Virus record (IMG/VR): IMGVR_UViG_3300047445_000186
Location: 129,829 to 193,828 of that record
Length of the DNA: 64,000 nt
Source: a virus
Reading direction: 5' to 3' (one strand)
The notes under the pieces: generated by a model
What the model was told of the DNA's origin: nothing
Seen by the model: only the letters and a program-made list of their open reading frames with translations
Databases searched by the model: none
Part shown: positions 27,891 to 37,353 of the stretch, piece by piece
Layout of the letters: each line of letters begins with the position of its first letter
Numbering within the stretch: the stretch's first letter is position 1
Program-made: the position numbers and the translations under genes

Positions 27891-28377
27891 TCTGGACATC
27901 TCGTTCACGAAGCAGGCACGTCGTGGAAAGTACGTGCTTAGCTACGGGCCGATCCATTACTACACCGTTCTCGGTAATCCATTCCCGTTCAAACTGATCA
28001 AGGCCTGGAAGCCGGACCTTGTGCGTTGGGTTGAGATCACTGGCACGCAACCAGCTGGTCCGCATCGTGATCATGGGATTACGACCACGTTGAATTGCTA
28101 CATGGATGCTCCGTCTGGCGAGACGAAATTCTGGCGTGAAGGCGCGAACAGTGCTCCATTCCGTGTAAAGGGCGCCGTGACATCGAACGGGTACGTGCAA
28201 AGCACACTGGATTTTGTTGATTCATTCAAGGCGTTCACGGGTGACGCGTACCTGCTGAACGTGTCTGAAATCCACTCGGTTGAGAAGGAAATCGACGTCA
28301 ATCGGCGGTTCATCCAGCTCTCTTGGAACACCGTACCGTTCGACCAGGTTCTGAAGCTCGTTCAAACGCCGTTGTAG
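27871..28377 (+). CDS. hypothetical protein, possibly cupin-like (about 168 aa)
   Basis: ORF overlapping the upstream end. PHRDHG motif. Confidence 0.4.
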   Translation: MLFSKVDLDISFTKQARRGKYVLSYGPIHYYTVLGNPFPFKLIKAWKPDLVRWVEITGTQPAGPHRDHGITTTLNCYMDAPSGETKFWREGANSAPFRVKGAVTSNGYVQSTLDFVDSFKAFTGDAYLLNVSEIHSVEKEIDVNRRFIQLSWNTVPFDQVLKLVQTPL

Positions 28378-28393
28378 TAAAATTGGTTCCATC

Positions 28394-29422
28394 ATGGAAC
28401 CGAAACTTCTGACACGCGATGCCTTCCGAGAAGGTGTGTTCGCACGGGACAAGCACAAGTGCGTGTTCTGCAGCGAGCCTGCTCAGGACGCGCATCACAT
28501 TCTCGAGCGCCGTCTTTGGCCTGATGGCGGGTACTACCTCGAGAACGGCGCGTCTGTTTGCGGTGAGCACCACATTCTGTGCGAGCAGACTGTCATTTCG
28601 GTCGAGCAAGTTCGCGATGCATGTGGCATTCGCCAACCGCACGTTCCTCCGCATTTCTACCCAGATCACCAGTACGACAAGTGGGGCAACCCTCTGCTCG
28701 ATGGTGGCAAGCGCGGTCGTGGTGAACTGTTCTTCGACGAGTCAGTCCAGAAGGTCCTTGGCCAAGGTGGCGTGCTCGATCTGTTCACGTTGTACGCGAA
28801 GTACGGACGGACGTTCCATCTGCCATGGTCTCCTGGCATTCACGACGATGACAAGGCGCTGAAGGACTGCACACAGTTCGAAGGTAAGCGCGTGATCATG
28901 TCGCTGAAAGCCGATGGTGAGAACACCACTGGGTACTCGGACGGGCACATTCATGCTCGCTCGATTGACAGCCGAGGCGGTGAAGATCGCGCTTGGGTGA
29001 AGCAATTCCTGTCTGAGAACGTGTGCTACAACTTGCCTGAAGGCTGGCGAATCTGCGGTGAAAATCTGTGGGCCGAGCACTCGATCAAGTACAGCGACTT
29101 GAAATCGTACTTCTACGGCTTCAGCCTGTGGAATGAACGGAACGTCTGCCTCTCGTGGGACGAGACGATCGAGTATTTCGCTCTGTTAAACGTCACTCCA
29201 GTCGACGTGCTCTATGACGGTATCTGGGACGAGGCTGCGATCAGGAAAATCGAGAAGACGCTTGATCTTGAGAAGGTTGAAGGGTACGTGATCCGACTCG
29301 CTGAAGCGTACCCGTACAGCCAATTCAAGAGCTCGATCGCGAAGTTCGTCCGACCCGGGCACGTACAGACATCTAAGCATTGGCGGGCAGGTAGCCGCTT
29401 CACACCGAACAAACTAGCATGA
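28394..29422 (+). CDS. HNH zinc-finger nuclease domain fused to Rnl2-like ATP-dependent RNA ligase
   Basis: N-terminus CVFCSEPAQDAHHILERRLWPDGGYYLENGASVCGEHH is an HNH motif. Then nucleotidyltransferase motif I SLKADGEN, motif IV VEGYVIR and motif V KFVR, as in T4 Rnl2-type ligases. Confidence 0.7.
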   Translation: MEPKLLTRDAFREGVFARDKHKCVFCSEPAQDAHHILERRLWPDGGYYLENGASVCGEHHILCEQTVISVEQVRDACGIRQPHVPPHFYPDHQYDKWGNPLLDGGKRGRGELFFDESVQKVLGQGGVLDLFTLYAKYGRTFHLPWSPGIHDDDKALKDCTQFEGKRVIMSLKADGENTTGYSDGHIHARSIDSRGGEDRAWVKQFLSENVCYNLPEGWRICGENLWAEHSIKYSDLKSYFYGFSLWNERNVCLSWDETIEYFALLNVTPVDVLYDGIWDEAAIRKIEKTLDLEKVEGYVIRLAEAYPYSQFKSSIAKFVRPGHVQTSKHWRAGSRFTPNKLA

Positions 29423-30018
29423 GTGATCAACTTCCGTTCCTGTTCTCTGACACGTACACGCTCGAAGGGTACGTTCCACCGTTCGGGTACTCAGACACGC
29501 TCCTGAATCTGGAGTCACGTCGAGTCCAAACCGGTGGCCGAGGCCGAATTCACTTCGGTGTCGGGTACGATGATGACGAAGGCGAGCCAACGTACGAGCT
29601 GCGGTACTCGGTCACGGTTCTTGGTGTTCCAATGCCAGGTGATCACGACTCGGCGTACGGCGTGAATCGGATCAGTCAACATGATGACAAGTTCACGATT
29701 GCCGCTAAGTGCGTGAACGCGTTCTTGGATAACAAATGGATGTGCGATAAGCATCCAGAAGCTGCGAAGTTCTTGAAGGAGAATGCGAAAGCGCTGAATC
29801 AGTCGAAGCGGTACTGGTCGGCACAAGAGCACCTGAAAGAGATAGCGAAAGAGAAGATCAAGCTCGCGCAGATGCAGCGAAAGATTCAGCGTGCAGAGCT
29901 TGTTGCTCAGCTGAAGGCGTTCGAGGTTCTAGAGGGTCGGCAACTGAGCGACGAAGAGCGTCAGCAGAAGTGGGCCGAGATCAGTGGTGGCTTGCCGTAC
30001 GGGGAGTATCAACCGTGA
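29419..30018 (+). CDS. hypothetical protein (199 aa)
   Basis: ATGA overlap with the ligase gene. Confidence 0.5.
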   Translation: MSDQLPFLFSDTYTLEGYVPPFGYSDTLLNLESRRVQTGGRGRIHFGVGYDDDEGEPTYELRYSVTVLGVPMPGDHDSAYGVNRISQHDDKFTIAAKCVNAFLDNKWMCDKHPEAAKFLKENAKALNQSKRYWSAQEHLKEIAKEKIKLAQMQRKIQRAELVAQLKAFEVLEGRQLSDEERQQKWAEISGGLPYGEYQP

Positions 30019-30098
30019 ATGAAGACGTTCGATACTACCTTGGCTTGGTGGTCCTGCTCACCCTTCTAGGCGTGCTCGTTCTGATCAGATAAAAAGAA

Positions 30099-30124
30099 GG
30101 GTCTCCATTTCGGGAGACCCTTTC
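30099..30124 (+). terminator. rho-independent terminator (GGGTCTCC-ATTTCG-GGAGACCC, then TTTC)
   Basis: Seen directly, 80 nt after the stop at 30018. Confidence 0.6.
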
Positions 30125-30408
30125 AAAGCCCCGAACCAGCAGCGGGGCGGAGACATCCTAAAAAGGGGGCTCTCACTTCACACGAAATGAGAGCCCCAGA
30201 GTGAGCCAGCTGAGGAGGAGAAGAGGCTGCCTTGGAACAGCTGCTGGCTCACGGTTTATTCTATCCAGACTTCCTGGGATTATCCACGTCCAGGTGAAAC
30301 AGTCTGTAAGCGCTTCGCGCTTGAACCCGCTCTCAGGATCTCGTGCAATTGCATTGAAACATACAATGATGTTCTCGCATCAATTTTGTAATTTTGGAGT
30401 TTCAAATG

Positions 30409-30654
30409 TACCTGCACACCGCCGAACCGAAGACCGCCGATCAACTGCTCGCTCGCCTCCGTGAGATCGAGCGTGGTGCCATTCGTCGCGCTACTCCCGA
30501 CGGTCTGGAACAACTCCGCGTCGATGCATTCCGCGTTGATGGTCCTGTGTCGGTCGAGACGATGGCCGAAGTGAAGCGCCGTCTCGATGAAGACTTCGCG
30601 AACGCCGGCGATTACAACCAGGGTCAGTACATCGTTCACAAGTGGGCGAGCTGA
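30409..30654 (+). CDS. hypothetical small protein (81 aa)
   Basis: ATG 30409 after TTTGGAG. Confidence 0.4.
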   Translation, partial: YLHTAEPKTADQLLARLREIERGAIRRATPDGLEQLRVDAFRVDGPVSVETMAEVKRRLDEDFANAGDYNQGQYIVHKWAS

Positions 30655-30941
30655 TGAGCCGTGAGAAGCAACAGGCGCTGATCGACATCTGCTTCGAACT
30701 CGTCAGTGTTTCACTGAACAGCGTGTTCCTTCAGAAGCTGGATCGCGAGAGCCGGATGGAGTGGGTCGCACAGCAGCTTCGCGACAGCGGTTTCGACACA
30801 GTTCCTTGTGGAGCGAGCTGGGGAGTCTTGAAGCCACCACCCCAGATCGAGTGCCCTGATTGCCGTGGCACTGGAGAACAATTCGGTTCGTTCGCATGCG
30901 ATGAGTGCGATGGAGTCGGCACAGTGGAAGCACCAGAATGA
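30642..30941 (+). CDS. DnaJ-type zinc-finger protein (CxxCxGxG x2)
   Basis: CPDCRGTGEQFGSFACDECDGVGTV. Confidence 0.5.
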   Translation: MGELMSREKQQALIDICFELVSVSLNSVFLQKLDRESRMEWVAQQLRDSGFDTVPCGASWGVLKPPPQIECPDCRGTGEQFGSFACDECDGVGTVEAPE

Positions 30942-31555
30942 TCGTTTACGTCACTCGCCCTGATAACCACGAGCTCGTCATGGGTGGGTGGCGTGATGTG
31001 CGAGTCTGGACAAAGAAGCCAGACTTCCATCACACCCCGGTTGGTGGCTTCAACCCGCTGCCGCATGAAGATCCTCGCGCCACGTACCGTGATCAGGGCT
31101 GGGGATCCAATCGAGTCAATCATGGGCAGCCATTCAAGCCGCTCACGAAGCAGGACAAGGATCTTGAGCAGAACGCTTGGAACCTGGTTGCCTGGTCCGC
31201 CTGCGCGAAGGGTGTCAGTCTCGAAGACTGGCAGACCTGGGCACACACGATGCCATTGAATGACGACGGCACAGAGCAAGATCCGACGTGGGGGTACGAC
31301 AACTGGTCGAATCTGATGTTCCATCGGACCAGAGATTCTGACCTCACTTCGAACGTGCACTACAAGCGATTCCTGATGGAGGTGAATCTGAAGACGGCCC
31401 AGTGCAAGATCATCGTGCCACGCGTTCACTGGTACGATCCGGACAATAAATCGCTCGGTGGCACGTATCACTCCGCCGAGACGCAAGAAATCTCGCATGA
31501 TTTCGCAACTCGCATGAACTACGCGATCGCTGAAGACGACGACATCCCGTTCTGA
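30938..31555 (+). CDS. hypothetical protein (about 205 aa)
   Basis: ATGA overlap at 30938. Confidence 0.45.
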   Translation: MIVYVTRPDNHELVMGGWRDVRVWTKKPDFHHTPVGGFNPLPHEDPRATYRDQGWGSNRVNHGQPFKPLTKQDKDLEQNAWNLVAWSACAKGVSLEDWQTWAHTMPLNDDGTEQDPTWGYDNWSNLMFHRTRDSDLTSNVHYKRFLMEVNLKTAQCKIIVPRVHWYDPDNKSLGGTYHSAETQEISHDFATRMNYAIAEDDDIPF

Positions 31556-31592
31556 TCTGTATTTCATTTCATAGAAGACCTACAATACACGC

Positions 31593-32429
31593 ATGACTAT
31601 CAAATCAAAACACATTGCAGTCGGTGCAGCCGTTCTCGCAGTCATTACCTTCGTCGCCTTCGTTTGTACGTGGCTGATGTTCATGCACACCGAGACGGTC
31701 GATCCTGGCTACCATGGCGTGATCATCGACAAGCCATACTTCGGCGGCCATCAAGGTGTTCGAGACGAACCACTGAAAGAGGGCCGGATTCTGCTCTTCC
31801 GCACCTCCTCGGTCGAGGACGTTCGAATGACGCCACAGTCGCACGTCGTGAAGGTCGATGACTACTCGTCGAAGGACAACATTCTGCTTGACTTTGAAAC
31901 CACGATCCAGTTCCGAATCACGGATGCTGTGAAGCTGGTTGACAAGTTCGGTGCAGGTTGGTTCGACAACAACATCAAGAATCAGTACCTGGCGATCGTG
32001 CGAGAAGCCGTGAAACGGAAGACGATGACGGAGATGATGTCTGATGTGAATGCTGCGCAGCAGATCGATGACGAAGTCACGAAGGGTCTGCAAGCACTGG
32101 TCACGAACTCCAATCTGCCGATCGAGATCTTGAATGTGTCTATGGGCCGTGCAAAGCCGAACGAGAACGTGCTCGCTCAGATGAACGAAACCGCTGCGCA
32201 ACAGCAACGGAAGAAGACACTGATCGAAGCTGAAGCGGCTGAAGTGCAACGTAAAGCCGAGCAGACAGCGAAGGCTGCAGCTGATAACGCGTACCGCAAT
32301 GCGATGGGTCTCTCGCCAGAGATGTTCATCCAGCTTGAGAGCATCAAGCGGTACTCCGATGCTTGTGCAAAGTCTGCGCACTGTATCGTGACCTCCGGCC
32401 AGACGAACATTCAAGTACCGGTGAAGTAA
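31593..32429 (+). CDS. SPFH/band-7 (stomatin/prohibitin/HflKC-like) membrane protein
   Basis: N-terminal TM helix, an SPFH core (IQFRITDAVKLVDKFG...YLAIVREAVKRK) and a C-terminal Ala/Gln/Glu-rich coiled coil. Confidence 0.65.
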   Translation: MTIKSKHIAVGAAVLAVITFVAFVCTWLMFMHTETVDPGYHGVIIDKPYFGGHQGVRDEPLKEGRILLFRTSSVEDVRMTPQSHVVKVDDYSSKDNILLDFETTIQFRITDAVKLVDKFGAGWFDNNIKNQYLAIVREAVKRKTMTEMMSDVNAAQQIDDEVTKGLQALVTNSNLPIEILNVSMGRAKPNENVLAQMNETAAQQQRKKTLIEAEAAEVQRKAEQTAKAAADNAYRNAMGLSPEMFIQLESIKRYSDACAKSAHCIVTSGQTNIQVPVK

Positions 32430-33124
32430 TGTACGACCTGAACGCAACAATTGACAAGATCTTCTCGCTCGCGAACCGAGACAAGAAGGCCTCGTACGGT
32501 CTGCTGGACCTGACGACTCGCCTCGGCAATCTTGCCCTGACGATCGAAGCTCAAGACAATAACGAGCCTCACCGGGGCCTCGCAGGTGAGTCGGCCGAAA
32601 TGGTGATGAGCGCTATTGCTGTGATGGGCCGGGTGCTACAGGGCCACCCTGATGCAACGCAGGTCATGTGCGGCCTACTGCGAACTCGGATCGAGCGCTG
32701 GAACGATGGTCTGCCGCCTCCCGGACCGAGCGTCTCGACGAACGGTATCCTGCAAGCAATCGCCATGCGTCGGAACAACATCGAGTCGATCGATCTGCCT
32801 GAGCCTCCGGCTCCTCCAGTGATCACAATAAAGGTCGCGCCCAAGGTTCCTGATCCAGCTCTGCTCGGTACTGGCCGTGTGTACGTCACGATTCGGAAGC
32901 ATCCACTCGGAATGCCTCAGCCGACTGGTACTCGTCGCGTATACCGCATGGATCAGAACGGTGAAATCCTTCGGATCGGGATCGGCAAGGAAGGTAATCA
33001 GGGCTGGACGGTGAACGTGAACAATTTCCAACCAACGTTCCTGACGTTCCGATTGGAGCACGACCGTGGTCGAGCAGTGCCGATGCTCGAGGCGCTGGAA
33101 TATTTCAAACGACACAACCAGTAA
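32429..33124 (+). CDS. hypothetical protein (about 231 aa)
   Basis: TAATG overlap at 32429. Confidence 0.45.
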   Translation: MYDLNATIDKIFSLANRDKKASYGLLDLTTRLGNLALTIEAQDNNEPHRGLAGESAEMVMSAIAVMGRVLQGHPDATQVMCGLLRTRIERWNDGLPPPGPSVSTNGILQAIAMRRNNIESIDLPEPPAPPVITIKVAPKVPDPALLGTGRVYVTIRKHPLGMPQPTGTRRVYRMDQNGEILRIGIGKEGNQGWTVNVNNFQPTFLTFRLEHDRGRAVPMLEALEYFKRHNQ

Positions 33125-33158
33125 CGTAAATAAGGCTGACTTAATTTAAGATTCAGCC

Positions 33159-34130
33159 ATGGCATTTTCCCTCCTGCAAGAAATGGCGAAGCGTACCTCC
33201 GCTTCGCAGTTCTACGAACTCGGCAAGAAAAAGTACGGAGCCGAGAAGGTGAAGTCTCTGACTTGGCCTGAAATCGTAGTGATCGCAAAAGAGAACGACG
33301 TTCTCATTCCTAGCGGCCTTCCTAAAATGAAGGTCGCTCGGGGGCGTTTTACTCTCGTTCCAGCAGATCATGTTGAGAAGGAAGAGCCAAAGGCTGCCGC
33401 CCCCGCACCAGCTCCAAAGGCTGAACCAAAGGCTGCTCCTGCACCTGCACCAGTTGCAGCTCCTACGCCAGTCGAAGCCCCAGCCGAATACAAGCGTCCA
33501 AATCTGCACGGTGCAGCGTACTTCTCCGAGTGGAGCCGTTTCTACGACGCCATGAAGAAAGAATGGGGCGAATTCAAGCTGAAGCGAGTCGAATCCGGTA
33601 AGCAGACACGCGATCGTCTCGGCACAATGTGTGGTGACAAGCTCATGGTCGACGAGAACACGCACAACGTGATGGGTATCTGGACCGTGTCCGGTTCCGA
33701 CAAGATGATGGGCCGCGGCTTTGTCGTGTACGGCAGCGGTTACGTTGCTAAGAAATCTGCTGCGAAGGCAGAAACTCCGAAGGCTGAACCTGCACGTGAA
33801 AAGCGCAAGGGTGGTACAGCTACTGACGCAGAAAAGAAGGCCGCGCTTCTTGACGTGAAGCTTGCAATGCGTGATCGCGATGCACAAGGCGCCGATTGGG
33901 GCGAGTTCAGCACGAACGGGAACGCCATGACTCTTGACGTTCGCTATTGGGGCCGCTGGGAAAACCCAGAAGGTGAAGAAGACGAAGAAGACTACGACTG
34001 GCAGAAGCTGTCGGCCGAGTCACGTAAGAAACTGGAGCGAATCCTCGGTGACATCGAAAAGCGTCATCCAAAGGTCGCATTGTCGTACAGCACAGAAGAG
34101 AAGAACTGGCTGGTCATTCTCGCAAATTAA
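33159..34130 (+). CDS. hypothetical protein with Pro/Ala/Lys linker (323 aa)
   Basis: PKAAAPAPAPKAEPKAAPAPAPVAAPTPVEAP low-complexity linker between two domains. Confidence 0.5.
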   Translation: MAFSLLQEMAKRTSASQFYELGKKKYGAEKVKSLTWPEIVVIAKENDVLIPSGLPKMKVARGRFTLVPADHVEKEEPKAAAPAPAPKAEPKAAPAPAPVAAPTPVEAPAEYKRPNLHGAAYFSEWSRFYDAMKKEWGEFKLKRVESGKQTRDRLGTMCGDKLMVDENTHNVMGIWTVSGSDKMMGRGFVVYGSGYVAKKSAAKAETPKAEPAREKRKGGTATDAEKKAALLDVKLAMRDRDAQGADWGEFSTNGNAMTLDVRYWGRWENPEGEEDEEDYDWQKLSAESRKKLERILGDIEKRHPKVALSYSTEEKNWLVILAN

Positions 34131-34141
34131 GGTATACAATC

Positions 34142-34657
34142 ATGAAGATCCAAGAACTCCTCTCTGAAGGCATGTACGTAGTCAAATCCAAAGACGGCGT
34201 TGAAAAGCGCTTCAAAAAGTCCGACTCCCCTGAAGCCAAGGACTGGGCTGCTAGCACCCAGAAGAAGGCAACGCTCGCGAAATACTCGCAAGCATGGTGG
34301 AAAGACAAGGAAGACAAGGCAAAGTGGAAGTGGAATGACGCTGATGCTGTCTATCCATGGACCGAGATCGATGACGATGAGCTGAACTCGAGCATGGTCT
34401 CGAAGGCCACGTTCAGTGGTGATCAGAAGATCAATGATTACCACATCCAAAAGGAATACTCGACCACGGTCGACGGCGTGAAGTGCGCTACCGTTGATGT
34501 GTTCGCGCAAGTTGTTCACAACGTGCATGACCTCGGATACGACGACGAAACGATCAAGGGCATGGATCTTGATAATGAAGACGGCGATGTTATGGACGGC
34601 GAAACCGTCACGTTCCACCGTGATCCAAAGAATCCAAAGAAGCTCGTGAGTGCATAA
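34142..34657 (+). CDS. hypothetical protein, MK[IL]xEL family (171 aa)
   Basis: N-terminus MKIQELLSEG. Confidence 0.5.
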   Translation: MKIQELLSEGMYVVKSKDGVEKRFKKSDSPEAKDWAASTQKKATLAKYSQAWWKDKEDKAKWKWNDADAVYPWTEIDDDELNSSMVSKATFSGDQKINDYHIQKEYSTTVDGVKCATVDVFAQVVHNVHDLGYDDETIKGMDLDNEDGDVMDGETVTFHRDPKNPKKLVSA

Positions 34658-35394
34658 TGAAGCTCTTTGAACTGACTGCCGATCTCGAAGCAGCGCTGAA
34701 CGACAAAGCGAATGGCGCTGATGAGGTCGAGTACAAGGGTAAGCGGTACCGCCGCTCCGGCCCAAAGAACGCGACGAGCAAGCCAGGTCGCTGGAAGCTC
34801 GTTGAGGCAGTCGTTCAGGCCAGCTTCGGCAAGCGCCGAGGCGTCGAGCAGGACACCGGAATCGAAGTGCCTAAGGGCTATGACCGCTTTGAAGTCGAAC
34901 ACACCGAGGGTGAGAAATCTGCTTGGGTGATCGGCATCAAGGGGAACACGAAGACGAAGATCTCCCGTGCAGATCTGGTTCTCGCTCGTGAGCTCGTGAA
35001 GGCGTACAACAAGGGTGGTAAGACGGACAGCGGCTTGAAGCCAATCTCGCTGATGCAGGCGTTCGGCTCGAAGGAAATGAACGTCTTGCACGACAACGGT
35101 ATCACGTTCGCTGAGAAGCCATACTGGCACGACTTTGAAGAAGATGGTCGGCGCGCCGACAAGAACATCCATCAAATCGCGCTCAAGAAGGTCGAGAAGC
35201 TGATTGGCAAGATTCCTGAGTACTCGGCCAAGGAAGTGTACGGCACGGACGTGAAGCAGAACGGTATGCTTGGTGATGTGAAGAACATGCCAAAGGAAGC
35301 CGTCGTGATCATTAAATTCAGCGACGGAACGCGCTATCTTGCTGACACCACGCAAGCTCGCTCGTACATTCGCATGTGGCAAAAGATCGTGTAA
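34657..35394 (+). CDS. hypothetical protein, MKLFEL family (245 aa)
   Basis: TAATG overlap. N-terminus MKLFELTAD. Confidence 0.5.
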   Translation: MKLFELTADLEAALNDKANGADEVEYKGKRYRRSGPKNATSKPGRWKLVEAVVQASFGKRRGVEQDTGIEVPKGYDRFEVEHTEGEKSAWVIGIKGNTKTKISRADLVLARELVKAYNKGGKTDSGLKPISLMQAFGSKEMNVLHDNGITFAEKPYWHDFEEDGRRADKNIHQIALKKVEKLIGKIPEYSAKEVYGTDVKQNGMLGDVKNMPKEAVVIIKFSDGTRYLADTTQARSYIRMWQKIV

Positions 35395-36272
35395 TGTTGA
35401 CCTTCAAAGACTTCATCGCAGCTCAGGCCCTTTACGAGGACATCTTCGTAAAGGGTGATGAGCTTCTGGCTGCCGTGAATACGAGCAGCACCGTTCGTAA
35501 GCCATCAACTCCTACGTCGATCAGCACGAATCTCCGTCCACTTGGCCGTCAGACAGGTCTCACTCGTGGTCTTGATGTGTGGTACGCTTTCTCGTACAAG
35601 CCATCGGACGAATCTGGTGGCTCCACTGATCTGCTGAAGTCTTTCAAGGGTAAGGGCCCGTTCAAGTTCACCGATGCTCGTCGTGAGAAGTTCATCGATG
35701 ACACGACAACGCACATGGCATCCGAGTTCAAGAAGATGAACCGCGTTCCAGACGTGATCGTCACGCCTCAGTCTTCGAGCGTTGTGGTTGCTGAGTTCGC
35801 TACCGCTCTCGCAAAGAAGCTTGGCGTTCAATCAGCTAAGATCGGCGCGTTCAAGAAGGCCGACGCTATTCAGCTCCCTGAAGACAAAGAGAAGGCGCTC
35901 ACTCTGATCCAGTCGAAGTACATCGACTTGGACTACATCCTCGAGAAATTCAAGGGTGACGACAAGCAGATCGACGTCGTGATGCGCGAAATCTCGCTTG
36001 CTGTCTATCGCTCGATCAAGAAGCACGGTCACATCGTCGCGAAAGAGCTGCCGAAGATGTTCAGCAAGTTCGTGAAGAACATTGTTGACAATGCGCTCGA
36101 AGGCGATGATCAGTACATCCTGTGGGACAAAGACGTGATGGTCGTCGATGACGTGCTCTCGTCTGGTGCCACAATGAGCGATCTGTTCCGCGCTTGCAAG
36201 GACCTGCTTGCAGCAAAGGTCTGGGGCTGTACCCTGTTCGCACGCACATCAGCCGCTAAAGAAGCAGAATGA
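35394..36272 (+). CDS. phosphoribosyltransferase-like protein (type I PRTase PRPP-binding motif)
   Basis: VMVVDDVLSSGATM matches the PRPP-binding loop of type I PRTases. Confidence 0.55.
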   Translation: MLTFKDFIAAQALYEDIFVKGDELLAAVNTSSTVRKPSTPTSISTNLRPLGRQTGLTRGLDVWYAFSYKPSDESGGSTDLLKSFKGKGPFKFTDARREKFIDDTTTHMASEFKKMNRVPDVIVTPQSSSVVVAEFATALAKKLGVQSAKIGAFKKADAIQLPEDKEKALTLIQSKYIDLDYILEKFKGDDKQIDVVMREISLAVYRSIKKHGHIVAKELPKMFSKFVKNIVDNALEGDDQYILWDKDVMVVDDVLSSGATMSDLFRACKDLLAAKVWGCTLFARTSAAKEAE

Positions 36273-36892
36273 AAATCAAAGAACTCCTGACCCTTCGTGA
36301 GGCTCCGCAAGAGGAGTCTTTTGAAGCGTACATTGATCGCCTTCAAGCAATGGGCTTGAATCCGCTTGGTAACGGTACGAATTCGTACGTGTTCAAGCAC
36401 CCAACACTGCCAAACGTCGCTGTCAAAATCTTCCTTGACGACGATCGCGGGTACCGTGATTACCTCGAGTTCTGCATCAAGCATCCGTCGAACAAGTACT
36501 GCCCGAAGGTCTTTGAGACCGACGAGTTCTCTGAACAGCGTCGTACAAAGTACTTCACGAAGGAACTGCACGCGAACTGGAACGTCGCGCGCAGCGATAA
36601 CGAGCCGTACTCGATCACCTTCCTTGAAAAATTAGATCCAATCACCAATGAGGCGATGGACTCAATGTTCGAGCGTCTTGGCAAGATCGCTGGTAAGAAG
36701 CTTGGAGCTCTCGCCAATCTCGGTGCTGATGGCTGGACAGCTATTGCAGCTGACGGCAATGATCATGATCTGCAGCAGCTTGCTCAGTACTTCGTCAGCG
36801 AGCTCAAGAACGGTCACAAGCTCGACATGGGCAATCGGAAGAACTTCTGTCTGCGCGGCGATCAATTCGTTTTCATTGATCCCTTCTTTTGA
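36269..36892 (+). CDS. hypothetical protein, MKIKEL family (207 aa)
   Basis: ATGA overlap. N-terminus MKIKELLTLREAP. Confidence 0.5.
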   Translation: MKIKELLTLREAPQEESFEAYIDRLQAMGLNPLGNGTNSYVFKHPTLPNVAVKIFLDDDRGYRDYLEFCIKHPSNKYCPKVFETDEFSEQRRTKYFTKELHANWNVARSDNEPYSITFLEKLDPITNEAMDSMFERLGKIAGKKLGALANLGADGWTAIAADGNDHDLQQLAQYFVSELKNGHKLDMGNRKNFCLRGDQFVFIDPFF

Positions 36893-36927
36893 TCGTGCCT
36901 GAGGATGTTCTGCTCTATAATGAGGGC

Positions 36928-37353
36928 ATGAAATTCTCACATGTTAAACAAGCCGATACGCCCTGGAAGTCTGATGGACTCCGGGGCTTTTTCGAATATC
37001 GCGATCTCGGCATCAAGGACGCGACCGATGGTCAGGTCATTTGCCATCTGGTCCGCGCCGCGAAGCCAGCAGACGAAGGCACGGGCTGGCACATCCACGT
37101 TCTGAACTTCCAGATCGTGATCATGAACAAGGGCTGGGCGAAGTTCATGTACGGCGATCAATCAGTTCTCGTCGAAGCTGGCGACGTCGTTCATCAGCAG
37201 CCAGGCCTGATCCACTACCTGTACGACTACTCACGCGACATGGAGTACACCGAGATCTGTTCTCCTGCCGATTTCGGATCGCTTGAGGTACATGGTCACA
37301 ACGTCCCAGTCCCGAAAGCATACGGCGTCTTGATCGTACCTGAGGTAGAATAA
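36928..37353 (+). CDS. cupin-domain protein (about 141 aa)
   Basis: GWHIHVLNFQIVIMNKGWAKFMYGDQSVLVEAGDVVHQQPGLIHY resembles cupin motifs G(X)5HXH...G and PxGxxH. Confidence 0.5.
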   Translation: MKFSHVKQADTPWKSDGLRGFFEYRDLGIKDATDGQVICHLVRAAKPADEGTGWHIHVLNFQIVIMNKGWAKFMYGDQSVLVEAGDVVHQQPGLIHYLYDYSRDMEYTEICSPADFGSLEVHGHNVPVPKAYGVLIVPEVE

